Assembly (NCBI GenBank): GCA_963669175.1
Contig: OY769902.1
Location: forward strand, 4,320,001-4,384,000
Direction: 5' to 3'
Length of the DNA: 64,000 nucleotides
Origin: a bacterium
GTDB taxonomy: Bacteria; Electryoneota; Electryoneia; Electryoneales; Electryoneaceae
A program made the translations under genes and the position numbers. Each line of letters starts with the position of its first letter. Position 1 is the stretch's first letter. Shown in pieces: positions 42,639-51,647 of the stretch. Below the pieces are notes generated by a model. That model searched no databases. It was not told the origin of the DNA and worked only from the letters and a program-made list of their open reading frames with translations.

Positions 42639-43031
42639 CTACTGGAAGTCCGCTATCGCCTCATCCACAGTTGGGAAAAGCTTCAGGACACGATCCATGC
42701 CTGAGATTTCGAAAACACGCCTGACAGAATCCTGCAACGCTGCGATCTTCAGATCACCCGCCTTGTCCTGACGCAATGTTTTCACGATCACGAGCACAAC
42801 ACGAAGCCCGGCGCTGGCAATGAACGGCACCTTTTCCATGTCAAGCACCAACTTGCCATTACCACCATCAATTTTCGTCTTGAGGTATTGCTCCACCTTT
42901 CCCGACGTACCGGCGTCAAACCGGCCATCAAGGTGAACAATGACTACCTCGCCCTTCTGACTTTCCGAAATCGACATCTGCATGGCGTTACCTTCTTTTG
43001 TAACAGTGTATGTTGCAAAACTGAATGACAA
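42639..43031 (-). CDS. Anti-sigma factor antagonist (STAS)
   Basis: GRFDA, LVLDM..V.FIASAGLRV and VFEISG motifs; likely start MQMSI at about 42983. Confidence 0.92.
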   Translation of the reverse strand: MSFSFATYTVTKEGNAMQMSISESQKGEVVIVHLDGRFDAGTSGKVEQYLKTKIDGGNGKLVLDMEKVPFIASAGLRVVLVIVKTLRQDKAGDLKIAALQDSVRRVFEISGMDRVLKLFPTVDEAIADFQ

Positions 43032-43064
43032 GCTACCGCTGAATAATCAAACTGACATGATACT

Positions 43065-44012
43065 CTACAACTCGAGATGCAGACCTTCACTTGCCAGTAC
43101 AACCGCAAGTTTGCCGTCCTCGCTGCTCAGCTCACAATACTCCTGCGATTTATCCAGGATCTCCACCAGTTTCTTATCGTCATAAGCCGGTTCATGATGC
43201 GTCAACACCAGCAGTTCAACATTGGCTTCAACCGCAAAATCGATCCCGGTGAAGGAGTTGGAATGTCCCCAGTCCTCCTTCTCCACATTCTCCATGAAGG
43301 AATACTGCGCGTCAAAAATGACCACGTCCGCATTCTGGAAAAAGCGAATAATGGGCGTAACAGCATCCTCACTCAGGTCATTGTACTCGGAGTCGGTGCT
43401 GTACACAATCGATTTTCCCTGCCGGTTCAAACGATAGCCGTAACTGGAACCGGGGTGATTTTGAGTCTTGTTGACAACTTCAACATCACCGATCATGAAA
43501 CGTGTGTTCGGACGCAACTGGTGGAAAATGATGTTCGCGCCCATATCCGCAAGCGCTACCGGGAAAAACGGCGGCTGCTGCTGGGTACGGAAACGATATT
43601 CCAGATCCGGATGGACACCGTAGATATGAATGTTGTTGCCACGAATGTAGGCTGGGACAAAGAAGGGAAAACCTGCGATATGATCCCAGTGCGTGTGTGA
43701 CAGCAGGATATGCACATCCATGGGCTGCCCGCCTTTTCGACGCAACAGGTCCAGCCCCAACCGTCTCAACCCGGTGCCGGCGTCAAGAATAATTGTCTGG
43801 TCGCCTGCGATCACTTCATAGCAGGATGTGTCCCCGCCAGCCGTCTGTGTTACGTACCAGGGCAGTTCTTCCAGAAATCCCGGAATCTCGTCTTTCCGGG
43901 TAACACCGGCGTCCATCGCCCTTGACAGGGCATTTTCTATCTTCCAAAGAAGTTCGGAATTACTTAACGGAGCAGCGATTGAACCACGTACTCCCCAACA
44001 ATGGAGTTCCAT
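43065..44012 (-). CDS. MBL-fold metallohydrolase (phosphodiesterase-like)
   Basis: WGVRGS, GGDTSC, DAGTG, SHTHWDH, DAQY, WGHS and HHEP motifs. Confidence 0.92.
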   Translation of the reverse strand: MELHCWGVRGSIAAPLSNSELLWKIENALSRAMDAGVTRKDEIPGFLEELPWYVTQTAGGDTSCYEVIAGDQTIILDAGTGLRRLGLDLLRRKGGQPMDVHILLSHTHWDHIAGFPFFVPAYIRGNNIHIYGVHPDLEYRFRTQQQPPFFPVALADMGANIIFHQLRPNTRFMIGDVEVVNKTQNHPGSSYGYRLNRQGKSIVYSTDSEYNDLSEDAVTPIIRFFQNADVVIFDAQYSFMENVEKEDWGHSNSFTGIDFAVEANVELLVLTHHEPAYDDKKLVEILDKSQEYCELSSEDGKLAVVLASEGLHLEL

Positions 44013-44250
44013 GTTCCTCTCTTGCAGGATGGTATATCTGCGCCCTCTCCCGTGGGCACACCTAGCAAATGTAAACGCTTACGAGTTGCTGAGCAAGGGG
44101 ATTCGTTCCTGACACCTGTTAAATACGCTAAAATGCGGACTCTCTGCAAGACATTTTCTCTGCAATAGGGCCAGATCTCTTGTTAAAATACCTTTTGGTG
44201 CCGTACACTTTCAAATCACACCAATATTTCAACCACGCCAGGAGGTACGC

Positions 44251-45138
44251 ATGCGCATCCTGACTCGTGCCGATCTTGATGGCATTGTCGCCGCAGCCAT
44301 GATCATGGAACACGAAGAAGTCAACGATATCCTGTTCGTCCATCCCAAGGACATGCAAGACGGGCTGGTCGATGTTCAAAAGGGTGATATTCTTTCAAAC
44401 CTGCCGCTGCATCCCAACGCCAGCATGTGGTTTGACCACCATAACAAAGCTGAAGAAGTTGAAGAAATGCCGGACGGTGTGCGTGGTAAAGTCGGTGTCG
44501 CCGATTCCGCCGCACGTATCGTCTACGAGTATTACGGGAAAGCCAAGCTGAAACGTTATCGTGAGATGCTCGACGAAACCGACCGTCTCGACAGTGCAAC
44601 CCTGACTCACAAGGACGTCCTCGATCCCGACCGCTGGATCCTGTTGGGCTATACCCTGGACCCGCGCAGTGGATTCGGACGCTTCCGTGAGTATTCCATG
44701 GAGATCATCAACGCCATCCGTGAAGGCATGACCATCAACGAGATGCTGGAGCTGCCGGGCGCGAAAGCACGGATCGCCAAGTATTTCGAGGATCAGGAAG
44801 CCTTTAAGGCCGCACTGAGCAAACATACCAAAATGGTTGCGAATGTGTCGGTCACGGACTTCCGTGGCATAGCAGATGTCCCCAAGGGCAATCGTTTCAT
44901 GGTCTTCGCCCTGTTCGACCAGTGCAACATCAATGTCCGCCTCTACGACCACCGTGATGAGGATAAGGTCATGTGCGCGGTTGGCAAGAGCATCTTCGAC
45001 CGCTCCCACCCGACCCATGTCGGCCAACTGATGGACGAATACGGCGGCGGTGGCCTGCCCGGAGCCGGAACCTGCCCGATCCAGAAAGACAAGGCGGAGA
45101 AAACAATCAAGGAGATCATCGGAAGACTTACAGTGTAG
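44251..45138 (+). CDS. DHH-family phosphoesterase (exopolyphosphatase/nanoRNase-like)
   Basis: TRADLDG, HPKDMQDG, FDHH, SAAR and GGG..GAGTC motifs. Confidence 0.88.
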   Translation: MRILTRADLDGIVAAAMIMEHEEVNDILFVHPKDMQDGLVDVQKGDILSNLPLHPNASMWFDHHNKAEEVEEMPDGVRGKVGVADSAARIVYEYYGKAKLKRYREMLDETDRLDSATLTHKDVLDPDRWILLGYTLDPRSGFGRFREYSMEIINAIREGMTINEMLELPGAKARIAKYFEDQEAFKAALSKHTKMVANVSVTDFRGIADVPKGNRFMVFALFDQCNINVRLYDHRDEDKVMCAVGKSIFDRSHPTHVGQLMDEYGGGGLPGAGTCPIQKDKAEKTIKEIIGRLTV

Positions 45139-45144
45139 TTAGAT

Positions 45145-45214
45145 GAATTAGGAATTAGGAATTAGGAATTAGGAATTAGGAATTAAGAATTAAGAATTAG
45201 GAATTAGGAATTAA
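45145..45214. repeat. Heptamer tandem repeat (GAATTAG/GAATTAA) x10
   Basis: Counted directly. Confidence 0.95.
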
Positions 45215-45252
45215 ACAGTTTTACATACATACTGTTGCATAACAAGTTTTGA

Positions 45253-45341
45253 TTGTATTGTATTGTATTGTATACCATTCTATCCTGTGATATGCCTGTG
45301 ATATGCCTGTAATTTACCTTTAATTTACCTTTAATTTACCC
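45253..45341. repeat. Adjacent microsatellites: ATTGT x4, CCTGTGATATG x2.5, AATTTACCTTT x2.7
   Basis: Seen directly. Confidence 0.85.
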
Positions 45342-45372
45342 CTGCTTGCTTACAAGCAGGGGTAATTTTTTT
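45336..45372 (+). terminator. Intrinsic terminator
   Basis: TTACCCCTGCTTG-CTTA-CAAGCAGGGGTAA followed by a T run. Confidence 0.75.
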
Positions 45373-45630
45373 CTGAAAATGGATTTTCATTTATAGCTTT
45401 CAACAACACAATTGTCAGCCAGGGTGGCCTGATCCGCATGTGATGCAACTTCCATTATCGCTACGGCAGAAATACTCTTGCCTTATCAGGATTCAAGCCA
45501 GTCCTCATGAGCGCATCAGGACAAGGCGTTGTATTCCAGAAAATGATCTCACGATCTTTCCCTGTCCATCAGGTCGCCTGTTTCACTTACTATTAGGAAA
45601 TATTTCCGGTAGGTTTTCAGTTGATAGTGG

Positions 45631-46461
45631 TTACTTTTTCTTGTCCTTTTTCGTTGTATCTTTTTGTTTATCTTTAGGTTTAAGGTCAGGATGATACTGC
45701 ATCACCAGTTTCTGATATTGGACCACTGTACTACGTCCGAGTCCGGTAGTACGCACAATTTCCATCAGATTAAGTTCTTTGACCATCAGGAACTTGATGT
45801 TTTTGTAAGATCGCAAGTAACGACCCACCGCTTCAAGGGTATGCGTGGTCAAGCGAGCGATATCCGGTTCCGGATAGCCCTGTTCGTACAGGTCAATGAT
45901 TGCGGCCTTGTGTGTGGGACGGCTTCCCTGGTCCAACATGATTCCTTTCGTCGGCAGGATGTCATCATGCGTTTCGTGATACTGTTGGATGTACTTGCCA
46001 ATGGTCGTCAGCGACCGGTTCAACAACACACTCAATTCCGCGCCGCTTAATAACCCGCCTTGTTCGTACGCGCTTTTCACCAACCGCGCCAGCACTGCAA
46101 TATCCCTGTCGCGCTGTTTGCCCGCACCGTCTTTTCCATAGTGGCGACGAATACGATCAACCACATCTTCTTCAGTGACAAGCGGAAGAATGACGGTCTT
46201 CACCTCATAGTCTTCTACCCGTGTCCCATAGCTGGGCTTGTGGCACTGTGCACCTGTCGTACGCCACACAATACTGCCACCGCTGCGTTGCTCGATATCC
46301 GGATAGAACTCACGGTGCAGTTGCATGATGTCATCCGCCACCATGGCCAAGACCTTGTGGCTGCCAAGAATCTTGTACTGCTCTTCCAACAACCGGATGA
46401 TCGCAGTGCGAAAGTTCCGCTTCGGCAGGGATTCATAACGGTTCCGTACCTCAGTTTTCAT
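45631..46461 (-). CDS. DUF1670-like HTH protein 2
   Basis: ARLVKSAYEQGGLLS..EL..LL..S..TI, PTKG..LDQG..PTHK and IARLTTHTLEAVGRY; start MKTEV after GGAGG. Confidence 0.8.
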   Translation of the reverse strand: MKTEVRNRYESLPKRNFRTAIIRLLEEQYKILGSHKVLAMVADDIMQLHREFYPDIEQRSGGSIVWRTTGAQCHKPSYGTRVEDYEVKTVILPLVTEEDVVDRIRRHYGKDGAGKQRDRDIAVLARLVKSAYEQGGLLSGAELSVLLNRSLTTIGKYIQQYHETHDDILPTKGIMLDQGSRPTHKAAIIDLYEQGYPEPDIARLTTHTLEAVGRYLRSYKNIKFLMVKELNLMEIVRTTGLGRSTVVQYQKLVMQYHPDLKPKDKQKDTTKKDKKK

Positions 46462-47284
46462 GGACGCCTCCGCCACCTTGTCCCGCTCTTTTTTTTGAGG
46501 GATACTGTGCTTGCAACTGCTCCAGAAGTTCGACATAGCTTGTCGGCCAGTGATCACCCTGTTTGTATTTTGCAAACAGATCCAGGTACTCACCCGTCAA
46601 CCGTTCGCTCTGTTGAAGCAGACGGCTCAGGTCGGTCAGCTCGGTAATGTCATGGCTAAGCAGAAGCAACAAGCGTCCAAACGTACTCACATAGCGCTTG
46701 ATCGCAAACGCGCTGTGACGTGTCAGACGGATGATCTCATCATAGGTCCGGCCACCCAGGTACAAATCAACGATCCGTGCCTTGTGCGATAACCCACGCC
46801 CAATGTCATGGTCGTAGCCACGCGTATGCACCGTATTCCCGTCAGCAAGCAGCAACGCAATATCCTTGCGGATGGTCCGATCTGAAACGTGCAGCAGACG
46901 ACTCAGATCCTCCTGTGTCAGCAACCCACCCTGCTGGTACGTCTCTTCGGTTAGCCGAAGAATCCGTTGCTGACGAAGCGATGAAGCGCCCAGTTCGCGC
47001 AGAACATCCAAGTCCTCAACACCGTCATCCAGTGTCAGTTCGACACGAATCAGGTCTTGTTCGCGTAAGGGACGACCGTGACGAGCTTTCTTGGACGCAC
47101 ATAAAAAACGAAGCTTGCCAAGCGTTGACGGCATCGTACCGAACAAACAACGCTTGGCAAGCTCCAATATCCCCGTACTCGCAGCCGGTGAAAGCTCAAA
47201 CTCGCGACGAAGCGAGTTCACAAACACCTGCTCCGGCGTCTTCTCCATACACCGGTCATACAGGCTCGTTGAAGTATGTAACAT
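46451..47284 (-). CDS. DUF1670-like HTH protein 1
   Basis: RLTEETYQQGGLLTQEDLSRLLHVSDRTIRKDI, TRG..HDIGRGLSHK and TRHS..AIKRY; start MLHTS after GGAGGA. Confidence 0.8.
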   Translation of the reverse strand: MLHTSTSLYDRCMEKTPEQVFVNSLRREFELSPAASTGILELAKRCLFGTMPSTLGKLRFLCASKKARHGRPLREQDLIRVELTLDDGVEDLDVLRELGASSLRQQRILRLTEETYQQGGLLTQEDLSRLLHVSDRTIRKDIALLLADGNTVHTRGYDHDIGRGLSHKARIVDLYLGGRTYDEIIRLTRHSAFAIKRYVSTFGRLLLLLSHDITELTDLSRLLQQSERLTGEYLDLFAKYKQGDHWPTSYVELLEQLQAQYPSKKRAGQGGGGVHEN

Positions 47285-47383
47285 CTTGTCCTCCAGCATG
47301 TTACGCGATCGCTTCCGATTGCCAACCCGAATACAAAGGTCGCAAACAAGAAGCAAATCGCCAAACCTACCGGAAGTATTTCC

Positions 47384-49630
47384 TTATTTTAACAATATAA
47401 TTTTTCTGGTAAAAGTTTGTTTACGATAATCTATTTGAAGAAAGTAGGTGCCGCTGGCAAGATTGGGAGCTTCAGAATCAGTATTGAAAGTCCACCTGTT
47501 TTCGCCGGAAAGATAGTATTCTCCTGTTGAATACACCTGTTCACCCAGAATATTATATAGATTCATGGTTACAAAGCCTGATTCTGGAAGAGAGAAAACA
47601 ATAGTAACAGTAGAGTTAAATGGATTCGGGTAAATATCTGTCAATGCAAAAGTCGCAGGCACGTTGAAAGATAATTCATTGTCAATATTATCAAGATCAT
47701 ATGTGTAATATATAGCTATTCCGTCTGTAAAAGATGAGTTATAAATAATATTATTTGAACAATATATTCCAGCTGCACCCATTGGATAGTCAGGCAAGTA
47801 GTAGCCAAGTTTATTATAATGCATACTATCATCAAATTCCAATATGTAAATTGTATAATAATCTCGTATATTGGCTGACACACCAGCCATATACATTTTA
47901 TTTTCATACATAATCATATCATGTATTACTAATATACTATCAATACAAGCTTCTTCTGTAATATATTCACCATCATTACTATTTATTCTGGATATTTTTA
48001 TATATGGGTTATCATATGGATAATGTACGCAATATATAAAACCATTAGATGTATCAATATTACTGAACAATCCTTCTATGGGAATTTGTTCCGTAAAGAC
48101 CGGCAATACAGGATTACTGATATCATAAACAGCAATTCCTGAATCGTTTGCACAATAGGCAGTTGAATCAAGTATCGCATGAACAGCTTGCGGTTGGTCC
48201 ATTATGGTCAAACACTCCGGATTAGATGGATCGGAGACATCCATAATGGCTAACTGGTTGATTCCGGTCGTCACATAGATGTAGTCGCCAATCCCTTGAA
48301 TGAAACCGTTTGATCCGATGGGCTCTTCTGGGGCTGACAACAACTGGGGGTGGACAGGATCGCTGACATCGAAAATCAGTAATGGATGCGTCAAGTACAG
48401 AAAACCAGAATAGATTTGTGGAATACTTACTGTCATTAAATCTTCAATATGCAGATAATTTACAACTTCCGGAGCAGCGGGATCCGAAACGTCAAGTATC
48501 CAAAGATCCTTTGTTGCATCAACAGCGTATAGAATCGTATCCAGAATAGCCAGATCATAGATCGCATAAGGCGCAGCAAAATAGCCAATCTCATGGACCA
48601 GGTTCGGGTCGGTTATATCGAAACAACGTACCCCTCTTCGGTCATCACTGATATACGCAATATCATCTTCTACACTTAGTTGCGAGGCTCGATAGAACAC
48701 TGGATTCATGGTAAACAGACTGTCAGGCATGGTTGGATCGCTGATATCAAGAGCAAGCATTCCCTTGGAATGACCATAAATGTCTTCAGACAGGCCGATA
48801 AAGGCCAGCGTATCATAAATGTCAATTTGCCAGGCAATATAATTCAGGCAGTATTCGGCTAATTCAACCGGGTTCAGCGGATTACGAATATCGTACGATT
48901 TTACTATTGTAGAGTCGCCCATCCAACAGGTCAGCCAGGCAACACTGTCCTTGATGGCAATTTCCCGGACATCTTCCAAGGCGATGGTTGACACGGCATG
49001 AGGCACTGATGGATCACTGACATCAACCACCTTACAGCCGGAATCTTCCGCAGTAACAAATAGATAATCGCCCAACACATCAATACAACTGACTGTCGCA
49101 CAAAATGGGCCAAGATAATAACCGATTTGCGTTGGATTTGCTGGATCAACAATATCAACAATAACTGTTTCACGATCACTTTGCATGAACAGTAGCGAAT
49201 CCTGCAGGATAATTCTATCAAGATTGCCGTTGAACAGAATATGGCCGATTAGCGCGATATCAGAAGGATTGCTGACGTTGAAGATGTATAAACCTGGTAC
49301 AGTTGCCATATCATCATTGGCAAACACGGCATAAGCCAGAGAATCCCGCACCACAACATCCTTGCAAGTGGCATCGCAGATAAACGAGTCCAGTTCAGTG
49401 GGGTTGGTCGGGTCGGAGACATCCAGAACACGCAGGCCGGTCCAGTAGGTGGCGACACAGGCAATGTCATCCTGTACATCCAACCCGAAAGCAAAGCTCC
49501 AGTTGTGATGCACCTGTGACAGCAGGCTGACATTCAAGCTGTCCTGACCGAATGACAACAGCGGACAGAATAATAAAAGTATCATCACGTATCTGAATAA
49601 AACCTTCATCCGTTCGATCCTTCCGTGCAT
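47384..49630 (-). CDS. Secreted LVIVD-repeat protein with C-terminal sorting domain
   Basis: More than 10 (L/I)(V/L)D(V/I)S(D/N)P..P repeats; YPNPFN...RKIILLK. Confidence 0.88.
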   Translation of the reverse strand: MHGRIERMKVLFRYVMILLLFCPLLSFGQDSLNVSLLSQVHHNWSFAFGLDVQDDIACVATYWTGLRVLDVSDPTNPTELDSFICDATCKDVVVRDSLAYAVFANDDMATVPGLYIFNVSNPSDIALIGHILFNGNLDRIILQDSLLFMQSDRETVIVDIVDPANPTQIGYYLGPFCATVSCIDVLGDYLFVTAEDSGCKVVDVSDPSVPHAVSTIALEDVREIAIKDSVAWLTCWMGDSTIVKSYDIRNPLNPVELAEYCLNYIAWQIDIYDTLAFIGLSEDIYGHSKGMLALDISDPTMPDSLFTMNPVFYRASQLSVEDDIAYISDDRRGVRCFDITDPNLVHEIGYFAAPYAIYDLAILDTILYAVDATKDLWILDVSDPAAPEVVNYLHIEDLMTVSIPQIYSGFLYLTHPLLIFDVSDPVHPQLLSAPEEPIGSNGFIQGIGDYIYVTTGINQLAIMDVSDPSNPECLTIMDQPQAVHAILDSTAYCANDSGIAVYDISNPVLPVFTEQIPIEGLFSNIDTSNGFIYCVHYPYDNPYIKISRINSNDGEYITEEACIDSILVIHDMIMYENKMYMAGVSANIRDYYTIYILEFDDSMHYNKLGYYLPDYPMGAAGIYCSNNIIYNSSFTDGIAIYYTYDLDNIDNELSFNVPATFALTDIYPNPFNSTVTIVFSLPESGFVTMNLYNILGEQVYSTGEYYLSGENRWTFNTDSEAPNLASGTYFLQIDYRKQTFTRKIILLK

Positions 49631-50165
49631 TGAAATATCATTGTGTAAAAAGTATCATACTCTACCTCTACATGCAACTCAATCAAGATTATATTACTTG
49701 TTTGTACGTTGAAGGAGCCTGTTGCCGATTAAGAGAACCCGAATCACTGTTTCCTCTTTTCTTTAAAAGAAAATCCTGATTGACTCGTCAAATGTGCGTA
49801 TCCTTCGGAAACAATTGGTGTGGAAGCCTTTGTATTCCCGGCGCTTACGCACCACGCTATTCAAGTGTCACCTCTTCGAGGTGATTTGGCCGCCTTTACC
49901 ATTAAGTACATAGTATCCAGCCAGTGGTTTACCCAATCGATACAGCGAATAGCCCTATTTATAACCGACGCGCCTTCACTGCATTCCCGCTACGGATAAC
50001 ACTGAGCAGCTATGCACGTCCCATCCCGATAACTGCGATTCCCGGGTTGCTTGATTACCTGAAAGAAGTCTATCATATAGTGGATAGATGGAATTCTTCA
50101 CTAACCATCTGAACAGATCAAGCGAGTTTATTGCACAGTGAGAACATCAACCGGAAAGCCCGACG

Positions 50166-51407
50166 ATGATTGACTTGAACCGTAAAAAACACCGCAACTT
50201 CGTGATAATCAGCGTCGTGTTGATCGCGCTGACGGCATGGCTTGCCAGCGGCTACCTGGTTCGGAAAAAGGAGCCGAATCAGGAAGCCTTGCGGGCGGGC
50301 ATCATTGAAGCCACAGCATATCTGGATACGGCGTGTGATTCGTCAGGACGGTTTGCTTACCGGATTCATCTCGACAAAGAACTTCGCATCGGACGTGAAT
50401 ACAACATGTTGCGTCATGCCGGTTCCATTTATTCCATGTGCATGGCCCAGGAAGTCAATCCTACGGACGCCAACCGTGACGCGATCCTGCGGGCCATCAA
50501 TTATATGCGAACCACATCATTATCGCCTGTCGAGGGAAATGATTCCATCCTCGCAGTGTGGACATTACCGCACATCACCGGCTATCCCCTGAAAGCCAAA
50601 CTGGGCGGCGCCGGGCTCGGGTTGATCGCCATGGCCAGCACGGAAAGCCTGTTCCCGGGGACTGTGCCATTGGAAGAAATGCAGGGTTTGGCGCGTTTCA
50701 TCCAATTCATGCAACGCGAGAATGGGGCTTTCAACTCGTACTACTACGCAGACCAGGGACCGGACACTACCTCAACTTCGCAGTATTACCCCGGCGAAGC
50801 GGCTTTGGGACTGATATTGTTGTACGAACTGGACGGAAATACAGAGTGGCTGGAAATCGCACTGAACGGTATCGGTTACCTTGCGAACGAACGTGATGGG
50901 GCGTGGCTGGTTGAGCCGGATCATTGGTCCCTGCTGGCGACTGCGCGCTTGTGGCCGCACTACGACCAGATTGAGAATCCACGATACACTCGTGAAGACC
51001 TGCTGAATCATACGCAACAGATTGTCAGCACAATCCTGATCTGGAAATCCTGGTACCGTGCCATCCACTTCACACCGCCGGGCTGTTTTGTCGCCTGGGG
51101 GGCCATTACACCGACAGCCACCCGGATGGAAGGATTGCTGGCCGCGCTGACCTACCTGCCCGAGGATGAGGACCGTTCTCTGCGCATGTACACCCGAAAG
51201 GCTGTAGGTGAGGGCGCTGGATTCCTGCTGTCAGCCCAGATCAAAAATGGGCCATACAAGGGCGCTATGCCCCATTCGGCAAAGAAATTGTGGTTCTACC
51301 TCCCCATCCAGAAAATCGGAAAACGTAACGCACGAGTACACGAAGTTCGCATTGACTATGTTCAACATTCCTTGAGCGCGATGGTGCGGCTGTATCAATT
51401 GAAGTAA
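50166..51407 (+). CDS. Membrane-anchored (alpha/alpha)-barrel protein of unknown function
   Basis: N-terminal TM segment; YNMLRHAG, KLGGAGL, YYPGEA, DHW and RIDYVQH motifs. Confidence 0.7.
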   Translation: MIDLNRKKHRNFVIISVVLIALTAWLASGYLVRKKEPNQEALRAGIIEATAYLDTACDSSGRFAYRIHLDKELRIGREYNMLRHAGSIYSMCMAQEVNPTDANRDAILRAINYMRTTSLSPVEGNDSILAVWTLPHITGYPLKAKLGGAGLGLIAMASTESLFPGTVPLEEMQGLARFIQFMQRENGAFNSYYYADQGPDTTSTSQYYPGEAALGLILLYELDGNTEWLEIALNGIGYLANERDGAWLVEPDHWSLLATARLWPHYDQIENPRYTREDLLNHTQQIVSTILIWKSWYRAIHFTPPGCFVAWGAITPTATRMEGLLAALTYLPEDEDRSLRMYTRKAVGEGAGFLLSAQIKNGPYKGAMPHSAKKLWFYLPIQKIGKRNARVHEVRIDYVQHSLSAMVRLYQLK

Positions 51408-51490
51408 ATAAAGTAAAGAAGGTAAAAAAGGTAAAGAAAGTGATAGCTAACAAAGTCTTCTATTCCATTAATCATCTTCAACACTCTAAC

Positions 51491-51553
51491 AATTCCTAAT
51501 TCCTAATTCCTAATTCACCAAACTCATTCTTAATTTTTAATTCTTAATTCTTA
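51491..51553. repeat. CTAATTC/TTAATTC heptamer repeats (reverse complement of the 45145 array)
   Basis: Seen directly. Confidence 0.8.
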
Positions 51554-51567
51554 CTTGTAGAGAAAGT

Positions 51568-51609
51568 CGCTCCACCCGGACTTCTACAATGTAGTATCCA
51601 GGTGGAGCG
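51568..51609. terminator. Hairpin between convergent genes
   Basis: CGCTCCACC.GGA...TCC.GGTGGAGCG inverted repeat. Confidence 0.55.
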
Positions 51610-51647
51610 TTCGAAATGCAACTATGTTGGGTACTGCAAGGTACTGC

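Larger units (their letters stand above)
45595..47384 (-). mobile_element. Putative novel insertion sequence encoding two DUF1670-like proteins
   Basis: 22-bp TIRs AGGAAATA(T/C)TTCCGGTAGGTTT (45595-45616, 47363-47384; one mismatch) flanked by a TATT direct repeat (45591-45594, 47385-47388). Confidence 0.85.

Noticed and set aside
49836-49886. tRNA or other ncRNA (similar hairpin at about 11985)
   Set aside because: Only a short TCACCTC-TTC-GAGGTGA hairpin; no cloverleaf or T-loop consensus. I recognised no tRNA or rRNA in the window.
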